Source of the DNA: Antedon mediterranea
Taxonomy: Eukaryota; Animalia; Echinodermata
NCBI RefSeq assembly: GCF_964355755.1
Contig: NC_092673.1
Location: forward strand, 23,557,648 to 23,621,647
Reading direction: 5' to 3'
Length of the DNA: 64,000 nucleotides
The first letter of the stretch is position 1; each line of letters begins with the position of its first letter. Shown in pieces: positions 41,521 through 53,563 of this stretch. The translations under genes were made by a program, and so were the position numbers. The notes under the pieces are model-generated. The model worked only from the letters and a program-made list of their open reading frames with translations, was not told where the DNA came from and did not search any database.

Positions 41521-43469
41521 GGCGTCTTAATTACTTGATGTCGAAAACGTATAGACATATTACGTTTTAAATTTGATAATTATCAAAACTAGAGGCCTCG
41601 TCGAATTCAAGTGTGTTGTAAATTATCTAATTTTAATCTAAAATTAATTTCAAACTGTAAATCAGTCTCGATATACTCTATTTTAACAATATTTTGATTA
41701 ATTTCTATCGTAAGAATTGTTATTTTCAATATAAGTTATTAGTTATAATAGCAGTGATATTAATTAAACGCAGAATTATAGGTGAAATTAAGTGAAATCT
41801 GTGAAAATATAGATAAGAGGTTACAGTTTTATTTTCAATATTTTAAAGTTAATTTATCTGAATACAGACAATTTATTAATTTATTATAAAATACCAAGCG
41901 AATTGGCCATTTGTAAAAAAAAGATTGAATGAGAAATTAAGACGCAAAACGGTTTTAAAAGGATTATTGATTGCAATATCGTGAACCTTAGTGAAAATAC
42001 AAATTAGATATGGATCCGAATGTGAGATTTATAGAATGGAGTGGACATAGTGACCGGAATTTTTAATACACCATAAATTATGTTCCTCAATTATAAACCT
42101 GTCGATATAGTAGAAAACTTGACATTTTCTGTAGAATTTTGTTAGGTTTTCCCCTTGAACTGTTAATAAAAATATGCTTATATTTATGATGTGGTGTAAG
42201 ATCTTTCCTGATCTTGTTCTTGTAACTTACTGGAGTTACATAGTCCCTGGCGCTATGAAGAGGGCAATACCTCTCTGGATATCGGTTTTGATTCCATCAA
42301 ATCAATTTCAGTTGTCCTATCATCAGATACGACACGACGCTTCCTACATTTGTTTTTACCATTTTCCAAAAAAAATGTATTATAAGTTTTTTTTATTTTT
42401 GTTTAAATTAATTTTAATAATACAAGTAAGGATTTATCTCAAAATTATTTTTCTTTTTAATTTGAATTAAAATCCTATACAATGTACTAAAATCTAGCAA
42501 AAACATTGAACTTTTGCAACCGTTTTTGTTATTACTGTAATGATTATAAATATATTCAGCCAATTATTCTTTATTTACGACGTCAATGGAAACATTTAAA
42601 ATGAACTTTTCTCATTTTTTAATTTTTTTCTGTTCTATTTTCAGCCCATATTTCCGTTACGGTAAAAGTGCAAACAATTAGAGTATTACCATATATTACC
42701 GATTTTAAACAAACACGTGCGTATTATAGTCACGTGTTCTATCTTAACCAATTACAACTGAAATCTACAACACAATAAAATAAGATAGAGGATTACTGTA
42801 TATGAAACATTAGCGCAAACGGAATAATGGATTTCCATTAAAGACTTGTGATGTTGGCTAAATGTGTAGACAACCCGTGTTAGAATTGATTTAGGCTCAT
42901 ATGGGTTCTTGGCAATCACTTTTACATCCTAAAAATGCATACGTTTGACTGTGATTAGAACTTGGTACAGGTATTGGCGGCATGTCTGTGGGATATTCAA
43001 TCACTTTACTAAACCCGGTGATACTTGCTTGTAATCGGTCATACGTTACAACGGCACGTTCGTGGTATGACGGTGATGATGTTGAGGAAATTAAAAAACT
43101 AATTACATTCATCAATCATAATTACTCTTTAAAAAAATTGATTGCGTAAGTTGCTTGTAGAAAGAGTGTGGTTCACACCTTAGTAGGTGTTAGTAAAGAG
43201 AAGAAAAAAAATGGTGTTAATAGTACTACATAGTAATAATAGGTTGCAATCTTATGCCGGCATATCCTGATTCGGCTTTTAAAGAATTTCTAGATAATCA
43301 TGAGTCATGATGGTATGGACATGACACGATGATGTCATATCACTACCATATTTGGGTATATCACTACCATATTTAGGCACATCACACATTTTTGTCAAAC
43401 TAGTTTGATAGTTTAGACAGAGCTAAATAAACAAATAAAATAGTTTGGTGGTCAAACAAGTTATGCACA

Positions 43470-43718
43470 CCTAACAATGCATCTACCTTAGCCTAACAAT
43501 TTATCTACCTTAGTCTAAAAATTCATCTACCTCAGCCTAACAATTTATCTACCTTAGCCTAACAATTCATCTACCTTAGCCTAACAATTTATCTACCTTA
43601 GCCTAACAATTCATCTACCTTAGCCTAACAATTCCTTAACCTAACAATTCATCTACCTTAGCCTAACAATTCCTTAGCCTAACAATTCATCTACCTTAGC
43701 CTAATAATTCATCTACCT
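43470..43718. repeat. 22-bp minisatellite (CCTAACAATTCATCTACCTTAG)n
   Basis: About 11-12 tandem units, some truncated. Confidence 0.9.
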
Positions 43719-44548
43719 GAATAGGCCTTAGAGTAATGTAACACTTTGTGAGGTATTTTAGGTGTTTTATATGTATATTAGGCCTACTTTTATTCGACTT
43801 ACCTACAACTTAAGAACAAATCTGTAAAATTTGATTTAAATATTATTTTAAATTGATACTACTTCAATCACTTAAATCGAACTTGTTGGTGCTTTAATTG
43901 ATTTATATGGTAGGTCTGCATTTAAGAATTGGCGATTTTAAATAAGGATGATTACACATTAATTGTTGGTTAAAATATGTTTGAGTCGCTACAAAGAAGT
44001 TTCTGACAATGTAATCTTCATCCAGACATGTATTAATTGTTTATTTACAATTAATATTTTCTGCGTTTGAACCTTTTACGGGTTGTTAATATTATCGTGA
44101 ATAATTACAAAAAAAGTGCTACTTATACCTAAAAGAGCAGCTTCCTCTCGATAGTTATTGTTTTTTAAGTGCGCCACCAATCGTGTTGACGTCCAATTCA
44201 AATTGTTATGACACGTCAGGTTTTTTTCTTTTGCGAATATTAAGTCGAATCAGTCCGTCTAGAACCTAGCTCTATGCTAAGAGATACCAGAGTCATATAT
44301 TTAAATTCTTTGACACAAAATGGCCTTTAATCCATTCAATGTCGTAAATCTTCAAATACGGTATAGACATACACTGGGAGACATGTTATGGGACGCCCTC
44401 TCCAAAATGGTTTCAGAAATAGCCGGTTATAAATCTTAGATAATTGTATGTCTCTTATGTTTTCGGATCCACATAGATTATTATCTATTACATTATATAA
44501 GCCTAATTATATGTTTTAGAATATATTGTTTCTTTTCTTTTTATTCAG

Positions 44549-44881
44549 ATGACGACTAATAGGAATGTAATCTTACTGATGGTATCATTAGGCGCCTTAC
44601 TCCCTGTAATATGCGTTCATGCAATGCTGGACGAACGAGAATTTGATTTACATGAGCTTAAAGATAGTTCCTGGTATAACGCTTTACGGACAGAGCTTAC
44701 GGAGCGGGCACTCGACTTGATATTTGAATCGGAACTCGCCGCTGAAGCCGCCGAAACGGACGGAGAAATCGCCAAACAGCTTAGCCAGAAGAGATCCGGA
44801 TCACGGGCTCACCGAAGAAACATTCCCCCGTATGGTAGTGTGAGATCACGACCACCAAGAACATTCAACCTGGACATTTAA
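44549..44881 (+). CDS. Secreted prepropeptide (110 aa) with a C-terminal basic Arg/Pro-rich peptide
   Basis: Strong acceptor (ttcttttctttttattcag) immediately before ATG 44549. Signal peptide MTTNRNVILLMVSLGALLPVICVHA, acidic helical pro-region, KR site, then SGSRAHRRNIPPYGSVRSRPPRTFNLDI-stop (44795-44878). GC-richer than the flanks. AATAAA at 45004. Confidence 0.85.
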   Translation: MTTNRNVILLMVSLGALLPVICVHAMLDEREFDLHELKDSSWYNALRTELTERALDLIFESELAAEAAETDGEIAKQLSQKRSGSRAHRRNIPPYGSVRSRPPRTFNLDI

Positions 44882-45040
44882 GTTTAATTCGGGCATTTTG
44901 TTTGGTTAACTAGATGAAGGGTTGGACTTGTACCTTAGTCAGTGGTTTATGATAGTTTAAGATAATTGATAGTTTTGCCTTAGTTGATCAACATCACTTT
45001 TCTAATAAAGTTTTATTTGAATCCAATTTAAAAAATATAC

Positions 45041-45041
<1 letters not shown>

Positions 45042-45084
<43 letters not shown>

Positions 45085-45085
45085 T
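45042..45085. repeat. (AAT)n microsatellite
   Basis: About 14 AAT units just 3' of the second peptide gene. Confidence 0.95.
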
Positions 45086-48000
45086 ATACAAAAGATATTA
45101 AATATTAATATACAAAAGAGGCTGAACTTTAATAACTTATATGGCGTTATGGTTATATTGCAATAGAATTGATGTGAGATTGTTATCAACTACATTTTAA
45201 ATGTCATACCGTTCATTTAATCCATTATATCAAAAGTATTATTATTATTATTTAGAACTAAGTATAAAAGCTTTTTGAATATATCTAACAAATTGAACTA
45301 CAATTATTAGTAGTAAACCTTATCATTGAATAGTTATTCATATTCTGGTAAATATATCAAAATACTTATAACCTTGAATTCGCCTTAATAAAGCATAGTG
45401 GTATACATTTTATTAGAAATATTATTAAATTGTAAATTTATATTTCGTTTGTGTTTTACGTACCCATCGAACATTTATTGTGTTTTTCCGTTTTTGGTGT
45501 GGTGGTTAGCAGAGACCTTGCTATGACAGGATCGAACAAGAGACCCGGCAAACAAACTGCAGTCCCCACGATTACGGTTGTCGTATTCTAGACGTACGGT
45601 GTTGTTTCGTAGATTTGAAATGTAAATAAGTAGATAGTAATGTTACATAAAGATTTAATTGATGTTGCTTTTTAAATGATGTAATAAATCTTCATCATTC
45701 TTAAATACTGTTGTAAATTTTATTTGTTACATTCGTCTATTATGTTATCACTAGGTACATATTTACTATCAATACCATAATGCTATTTAATGCAATCATA
45801 AAAGGAAATGATCAAACAATGTACAAATAAATTAAGCTCGCAAAAAATTTTTTCCTGCATAAACTTAACGAAATACAAAGAGCAATAATTCGACCCATAT
45901 GAAGATAACTTTTGCAACTAAACTTGTTACCAACGTTTTTGTGACGTCACCAATGTATTGCATTTTCTGAAATTCAATAGGCCGGTCGGTAATAAAAGAA
46001 AGTAAGGTAAAAGTAACTTTAAAATCAGGTTAGATGGGACAATTGGTCGCAAATGGCAAAACGACTTATAACTATAGGAAAGAATTGCTGATTGCCGTTT
46101 GACAGGTTTAAATTTTGCTATAGTTTGATTATTGTATTTTCTACTATCATGGGAAAGGTGTAGAATTACTATGAACTACATTAGTATACGTTTATATAAT
46201 ACATTGACGTGTATTTCTTTGGAAGCATAACGAAATAAAAAGAATAAATATGAATTTAATCTAAGCTGATTCATCTTATCTGTTTAACTCACCACATAAT
46301 TTATCAAAAAGAAAAGAGATTTTGTTGGTTTAACTCTGACGCCTAATCGGGTTTGAACTTACACATGACATCTTCAAACGTCATCCACAATTTGAGAGAA
46401 AATACGTCTGTTGTCATAAAAATCAAAATTCCAGATTTCTTAATTATCTTTCATCTTAATGGCATAGTTCATCAATTTTATATCTTACATAAAATATACA
46501 TAAGTTAATTTAAAAGTCCTGGGGCTAAGAATCTCCTTATAAATAATTCTTTATTAATTTATTTCATCAGGAAATCTTTTGAATAATATTGTATCTATTG
46601 TTTTAGGACATTTACATTACAGGTTTTATTTCCCCATTGACTTATCACTTTATTACAAAACAGTACAATACACTTTATAAAAACCGAGATATTCTTAAAC
46701 TAATTATACGATACGAACACTCCTGTCATGCTCATTGTTATGTAAAATAGATAATTTAGGCTAAGCTATACTTCAATTTCAATACGAGGTTACCTACATT
46801 TAATTTTATATTCACAACAGAAATTATCTAACTGCTTGTACTTTAGTAATATTTGTTTCTACATTAAGATGTTTTCTATTTTTAATAGGCCTGCATATGT
46901 GTTGCTTTTGTAAATTTGTATGAACTTTTACAGATTGAGAATGCCAGAGTCATTGGTCATCCAGGCTCTAAAACCCACAAGTCCAAGTACGGCTTAACTC
47001 TTATTTTTAGAACACTGCTGTTGTTTGTTTTATACTACAGTCTAATCCTTAAACCACCTTAAAAAATGGTGTACTTCTAAAATCACAAGGTTGTTTTAAT
47101 AAACACAATGAACAACGGATTTCTTATAGATTCGTTAAACCTAATATATATCTGCGGTATAATATCATTACCTTTTACTTAATCTATTCTAAGTCATATT
47201 TCTATATATTAATCTTTCCTTTTAAAGTAAAACCCACAGTAAGGTTATAATAACCTTTGATTCGTCTATAGTACTAAGATATATGAAGATCGAAATCCGG
47301 GAACGTATAGGCCTAGATACATACATTGTTATTAATGTTGTTTAGACATCAAAACTAAACCACAAGCACTTGTCAGTTGCATATCCTACTTTTCCATTAT
47401 TAAACGAATTTTCTAAAACAGCGTATTATTTGGCAGTATAGTATTTATAAAACGTATACTTCTTTGTAAACGAATTTTTAAATTCAATTTGAGTGTTGAT
47501 TTAAAAATCAACACTCAAATTGAATTTCACAAATGAGAATTATAAAAAACATTCTGGTAATCACTGGTAATTATAATTGATTAATAACGTTTAATAATTA
47601 ATAGAAAAGTTGAAAAATGTGTCTATAAAGATTTTGCTCTCAAGTATCATACGTATGAAATGTCATGTTTGTCAAAATATATACCTCTTTCTAATATTAG
47701 GTCGAACACAGTTTGAACCGAAATCAGTGACAGAGGCAATAGTAAACACACAAATGCATGTCATAGACCTAAATTTCGAGAAATAAAGTGAAACAGATAA
47801 AACACAAACTCCAGAATATAACTTTTCTTGTTGTAAAGAAAGGTGGATGAGGATTAAATTCTTCTTAATGTTGATATCTGTTTTAACACGCGGTTCTAAC
47901 TTGACAGTCGTAGACAAAAAGTCTCGAGATAAATAAAATATTCTAAAAAAATCCAAAATTGCTAGTCCTATTTAGGCTTATCACTTAACATTGGAATTCT

Positions 48001-49544
48001 AATTATAACTATCTTCCATTTTAATGGCATAGTTCATCAATTTATATCTTGCATACAATCTAAATTAATCCCGAGGAAAAACAAATTCTTTAATCCTTAC
48101 AATTAATTTTATCAGTCTTTTCAAATTAAAACCTTTACTGTTGTTGACAGTAATATGATAACCTAAAGCGTAGTTTCCTATCGTCATCAAAACTAGTTAT
48201 TTTGCCTTGTTACATGGAAATTATTACTTTATTTTAGAAATGGAGATTGAATAATAACATATTTTTGGAAAATGTCATTTCTACGCACATTAAGTTGCAA
48301 TCATTCTTCATTTACAGAATAGAAAAAAACCTATTGAACAGAGGATTTTGAGTTTGGAGGGATTTGTGACCCATGGCCTTAAAATGGTGAATTGAAGCGC
48401 TTAAGCTTATTTTTTTTGCGTTGTACTTTGTTTTAGTGATGCACCTTTTGAAACCGCATAGCTTTTCTAACTAGTTAGGAGCCCTGTCCTTGGTATTGCG
48501 GCAGCGACAGAATATATATGATTCATACGAAACAAGGTAAATGCCGCAGTACGAGTTGTCCTTAACTTTTTCAAAAGGCAAACGTAACTAAACGATGTGT
48601 TACTCAAGAAAGGTCGTTGTACAGATCCTACTTGTTCATACATTTTTCGTAGATATTAAGTTATATTATTAGGAAAAGTATGTATCAAACCACAATCAAG
48701 CAACTGAAACGCAATATTAACGTCACAAGATAAACGATCGTATAATACCATATATATATTACGTTGTACCAATAAAAAAAGAATACTTGGAACAAATTCT
48801 GTTTTGACAATATCGTGGTCACAGGTGCATAAAGGGGCAAGTTTTCTAAGACCCGGAATGTTTTCAGAATATCTTACTGGTCGTGGTGACCGTTTAGTTG
48901 AATCACTATTTCCACGAAAAAAAGAGAATTCCGTCTAGTAAAGCATTTTGTTAACCTGCCAAAGGTGTTTATTTACCGGTAGGCCTATTGTTATTCATTT
49001 TGTCATTAAATCTCTTCGTCACGCATTATCGAATCCGTTAGTCACACTTTTGAATGCAACGTATAGAGGGAAATCCATACCACCAAGGATAGTATAATAC
49101 ACACCTCACGCCCCTGCAGAACCGTCGTAACAATATTATAATAAAGTGAGTCATATTCAGATGTAACTGTTGACTGACCATGGTGACTTTTGTTTGTGGT
49201 TGTTTGTATTCAGCTCTACGGTTAACGACCACGGTGTATAGGTTTTTACCTTATATGGAATTGTGAATCCCAAATCCTATATCACCCACTTACACTCATC
49301 ACTTGTTGTGTATCAATTGTTTATCTGTTGCAAAGGTGAACTTATTGATCTAGATAGAATTACGTAACTATTATATTGTATATTTATACAGATATTTGAC
49401 TGTATAGTTACTATTTATAAGCACTATTTAGGCCCAACAAGCGTTGTTTTATAGATTAATTTTAATCAATATACATTTTGTTATCCTACCCTAATTTTAA
49501 TTCAACGAATTTATTTTATACTTCAACCGATATATATAATAACG

Positions 49545-49785
49545 GATAAGGATAAGGACTTCTCGGATAAGGACTATAAACCGTAGGTCCAGTGTACACA
49601 GATATAACCTGTGTGCACTTTAAAGAACCCAGTTCATTATTCGAAAAAGAGTAGGGGGTTACCCCGGTGAACTGGTTCACACAATAGCCCCTGTATCAGG
49701 GGGTTACCACCTATCTGATAGGACAGTGATTAATTCACTATTGGTATTCCTTGGCCACATTGCCTAAAGACATAAAATAAAATAT
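49545..49785 (+). mobile_element. 5'-truncated Deu-domain SINE
   Basis: Shares TCTCGGATAAGGACTATAAACCGTAGGTCCAGTGTACA...TTTAAAGAACC...GAGTAGGGGGTTACCCCGGTG with the 55175 copy but has a different 3' tail. Confidence 0.75.
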
Positions 49786-50689
49786 AAATCACTTTGATAA
49801 ACGTGTGTATATTCTAGTCATACATAAGCAATTAATATAATCTGTTGAATTATTCCTATTAAAAGTAGTACATTTATGGAGTGAATATTATTTTGGCAGT
49901 GAAAGTGGGTCAACGTATTGCAATTGCCATAATATATATTAAAAATTAGTATTTATTGCGAATACACTATCTGAAATAAGAAGATTAAAACGGTTTAACC
50001 TTTAAAATATTTCAATAATTATTAATTTAAAAACTATTATTGATCTGTCTGAATCTTAGGGATTTTGTGCGTGAATTATTTGAATACTCTTTTTATTATA
50101 ATAATTATGAATAGTTCAGTTATGCCTATACTTGTTTTACAATATTTCTGGTCTATCAAGGTAGGTCTATCGAATTTGAAATGAGAGCATACACTTGCAC
50201 TGCTAATTTCAGTAGTGTTTTTTAAGACACTCCTCCTAAACCAACCCCCATATTGACAAATCCAAGACATGGCTAACTGACCAGTAACACGCCTACATAA
50301 ATAATTTTACTTTCAGTTTTAACTATAATCTAATCTAATTTTTCAATTTGACCACACACTTAATCTATACACTGTCCAGTCTGTCTATTTTAAGAATAAC
50401 TCCATTTATAATAAAGATACGGTAGGCATACCTTTTAAAAAGTGCATGTTATATTACAGTACAATTTTATCTTTGTCTTTTTCAAGGCTGTTTTTTACTT
50501 TTAATAAATGCCACGCGATTTTAGATTTCGAAATAACTATATAACACTGTTTATTTAATTCTTTAACAATACTCCACGATTCCCATAACGCTATAGGTGT
50601 TGGTGCCACAATACTATGTTAGTCCTGCCCAAAGGTGTCTCATTTGAATAGTTGAGTAGGCCTACAATAATAATGTTTTCTAGATTTAA

Positions 50690-50905
50690 TAAATACTAAA
50701 TAGGGCTTATATGACGCATTATAGAAAGCCTCAATGTTCTTAACAAGAGAAATAAAAAGCGGAAAAATTAAGAGTAAAAAGAGATAAAAGGCGAGTTTTC
50801 AAAGCAGCCTTAAAATAAGCGATAGAAGTAGCCTGACGGATAGGCTAGAGATTGGTAAACCGTTCCAAAGAGACAGAGACCCAAGAAAAAGAACGAAAAC
50901 AATAT
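50690..50905 (-). mobile_element. L2/CR1-group LINE 3' remnant
   Basis: Frameshifted minus-strand translation RSFS../SLWNGLPIS../IRQATSIAYFKAALKTRLL, followed by a short tail. Confidence 0.6.
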
Positions 50906-53400
50906 TTAATAAATGCTTCCAGTGATTATCTATTTTAAATGTTCATATTTCGTATTGCATTATGTAGAGGAATTCTTTTTTTTTTAAACAATGGTACCAC
51001 CTCCTGTCTTCTCGACGTCAGAGAGGAATGTTCCTTTCACTTAGTCAGAAATTCCTTCCTACAGTAATTACGGCAAGTTTAACAAAAAATCAGATCATCG
51101 GTTATTCCTGCTGCCAACTTTATTTGAACCGTTTCAATTATTTTATCCATGCTAAACATAGAAACTCCTAATGTAATCAATAAAACTTTGTTGAATAAAT
51201 GACCTCACTAGTCAAATACTTATATAACTTTTTTTTTAAGAGGTACCGTAACGATTTCCCAGGTAACAATACAAACGCAGATACTCGTCCATGAGTTCGT
51301 CATCGTTATTGTCATTTTTAAACATACGCTTAAAATAGAACATGATTTGTAATCAATTGTGAGACAGAACATCATTCTTCTTTCTCGGCAACGACAACTA
51401 AACCCCATAAACTTTTATTTGCAGCAAATACAATATAATGCATTGCATTTTGTAACATTAAGTAATAGATCCGAATCATAAGCTTAACAATTAAATTGTC
51501 ATACTTTAAATAAAGATTAGCATATAAATATGTATTTTTTAATATACAGTTGGCATATGCACGATACAAAAAATATATATAGATATTATACATTTTGTTC
51601 ATAACGGAAAAAATAACAATCTAGTACCAAATATGGTGATTCAATGCACCTGATTCGTGGATTACCTCATTCACCGGCAGTAAAACACAACTGGTCACAT
51701 CTCAGGTTTAATATATTCCCAGGTAATACACAGATCATATAATCGTTCCTAGATCGCATGTCGTCAATGATGTAATTTCAAAAACTTTTTAAATAGAATG
51801 CTTAATCATTGTGGATATTTTAATCTGCTGGTCATTTATTCAAATTTACTCAGCCAATTTAAATATACTTTGCCCCATTGCCTATGCTCAATTGTTTCAG
51901 AAAAGCAAACCCAGTGCTCTTTGTTCTAGTGCAGCGATAAATAATTCAGGGTAGCGGTAAAGTACGGTAGCATTTATTTGAGGTGACATCATTATGACAC
52001 ATGTTGCTGTTGGGTCTTGGTTCTAGACGGTACAGTGAGTTAATAGGCCTATCCACTTCAGAGAACAAGAGGAAAGGTGGTTATGACAGCAGGTGGAACC
52101 TGACGTTCGTTGTGTGGATATTTTTTTGATAACATATTTAGGCAAAATGTCCATCAGTCATTCACTTCTTGGCAGTAATGTTTTTATTTATTTATTGCGC
52201 TATATTGTAATACATTAACGTTTCCAAAGCAATAGCTCTAACATGAACTTGTTTAAAAATCTAAAAGTTAAAATCACATGTAAACTGAACAAAAAGCTGC
52301 TCTATAAAGTCTTAAACACATCTTTTGGATTGGAAACATGACCGACCATTAACCATGAAAGAATTACCTTTGAATTCCTTTATGCTTTAACTTATAGGCC
52401 TACCTTGTTTTAATAATAATTAACGTTCAACAACATCTAGTTTTACCCCGTTTTGTGCATGATTATTAACCAATCATGCTCAACAGTTAGTAAAATATTC
52501 CTATAAACTAAATAATGTTCTTGCTTGGTAAATATATTAATATCTTTAACAATTAAAAACAAATATCTCGCCGAATTTCAGTGGAAGGAATACAGGTAGT
52601 ACGTGGTTGAATAAATAAAATAAAAATACAACCGGATTTCGTTTCCTATTTTAAAACCACACGATCGTGTTTATTGCCCTTCAATAGCATTATTATTATT
52701 ATTATTAATATTTGCTTTTGCAACTACATCCTTATATAGAGATATATAAAAGGACACCTGTAATAATGGGATTTGTGACTAATCAGTTTGTAGTTTAATG
52801 ACTGCTGCTGCTTTACCTACCGTGTAATAATTTTTACGACATCCTATAGAAAATAGATTCTCCGAAAGTAGTTTTACAAGTTATGAATCATTATTTTCGT
52901 TATAGTGAAAAGTATTAAATCTTTCCAAAAATGGTGCTGTTTTAACAACTTTTTCTGTTGCAAGAGTTATTAAAAGTTTAAAACCATTCTCAAATGTAAT
53001 ATTAAAAGTATAAAAGCGAATAGAAATATTATTTCTAAATGATTGGATTACACTTGGCCCAATTAAAGCTACAAACAATTAGGTAAATATTTCGAATATA
53101 GGCCTAGTTATTGTAAAGTGAAATATTGGTGGGTAGTAAATCGTAGGACGAATTTGGGTGTTCTCTTTGTTTTTAATTTAATTGTTTCCTGGGTTATCAA
53201 TATAATAGGCCTCCTACGTAACAATATAGCAATATCTTTAATTCAATATCGATACAGTCAGATAATTTTAGACAGGTAGGTTAATCAGCCGGAACCCTGT
53301 CAACTCACCTGTCGGCATCGCCTCAATGAACAACTTCAATTGATTTTTGTTTCTTTTGTTATTATCACTATGAAACGTCAGTGCCTTTGAAACCTAACAG

Positions 53401-53491
53401 TATATAAACTCTGTCATACCCTTACTCTGGCATTTAAATCGAAGAGAACACGTGAAGAACAAATAATTGTGCAAATAATCTATTTTCCAAT
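53401..53491 (+). promoter_or_regulatory. TATA box and 5' UTR of the ADAMTS gene
   Basis: TATATAAA at 53401-53408, about 90 nt upstream of the signal-peptide ATG at 53492. Confidence 0.6.
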
Positions 53492-53563
53492 ATGGTTGGT
53501 TTAATAAGAGGTCCAGCCTTCACTCTACTTGTAGCGTATTTTACTTTAGCAAACTCAAAAGCA
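53492..53563 (+). CDS. ADAMTS exon 1 (signal peptide)
   Basis: MVGLIRGPAFTLLVAYFTLANSKA followed by a GTAAGT donor, phase 0. Confidence 0.8.
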
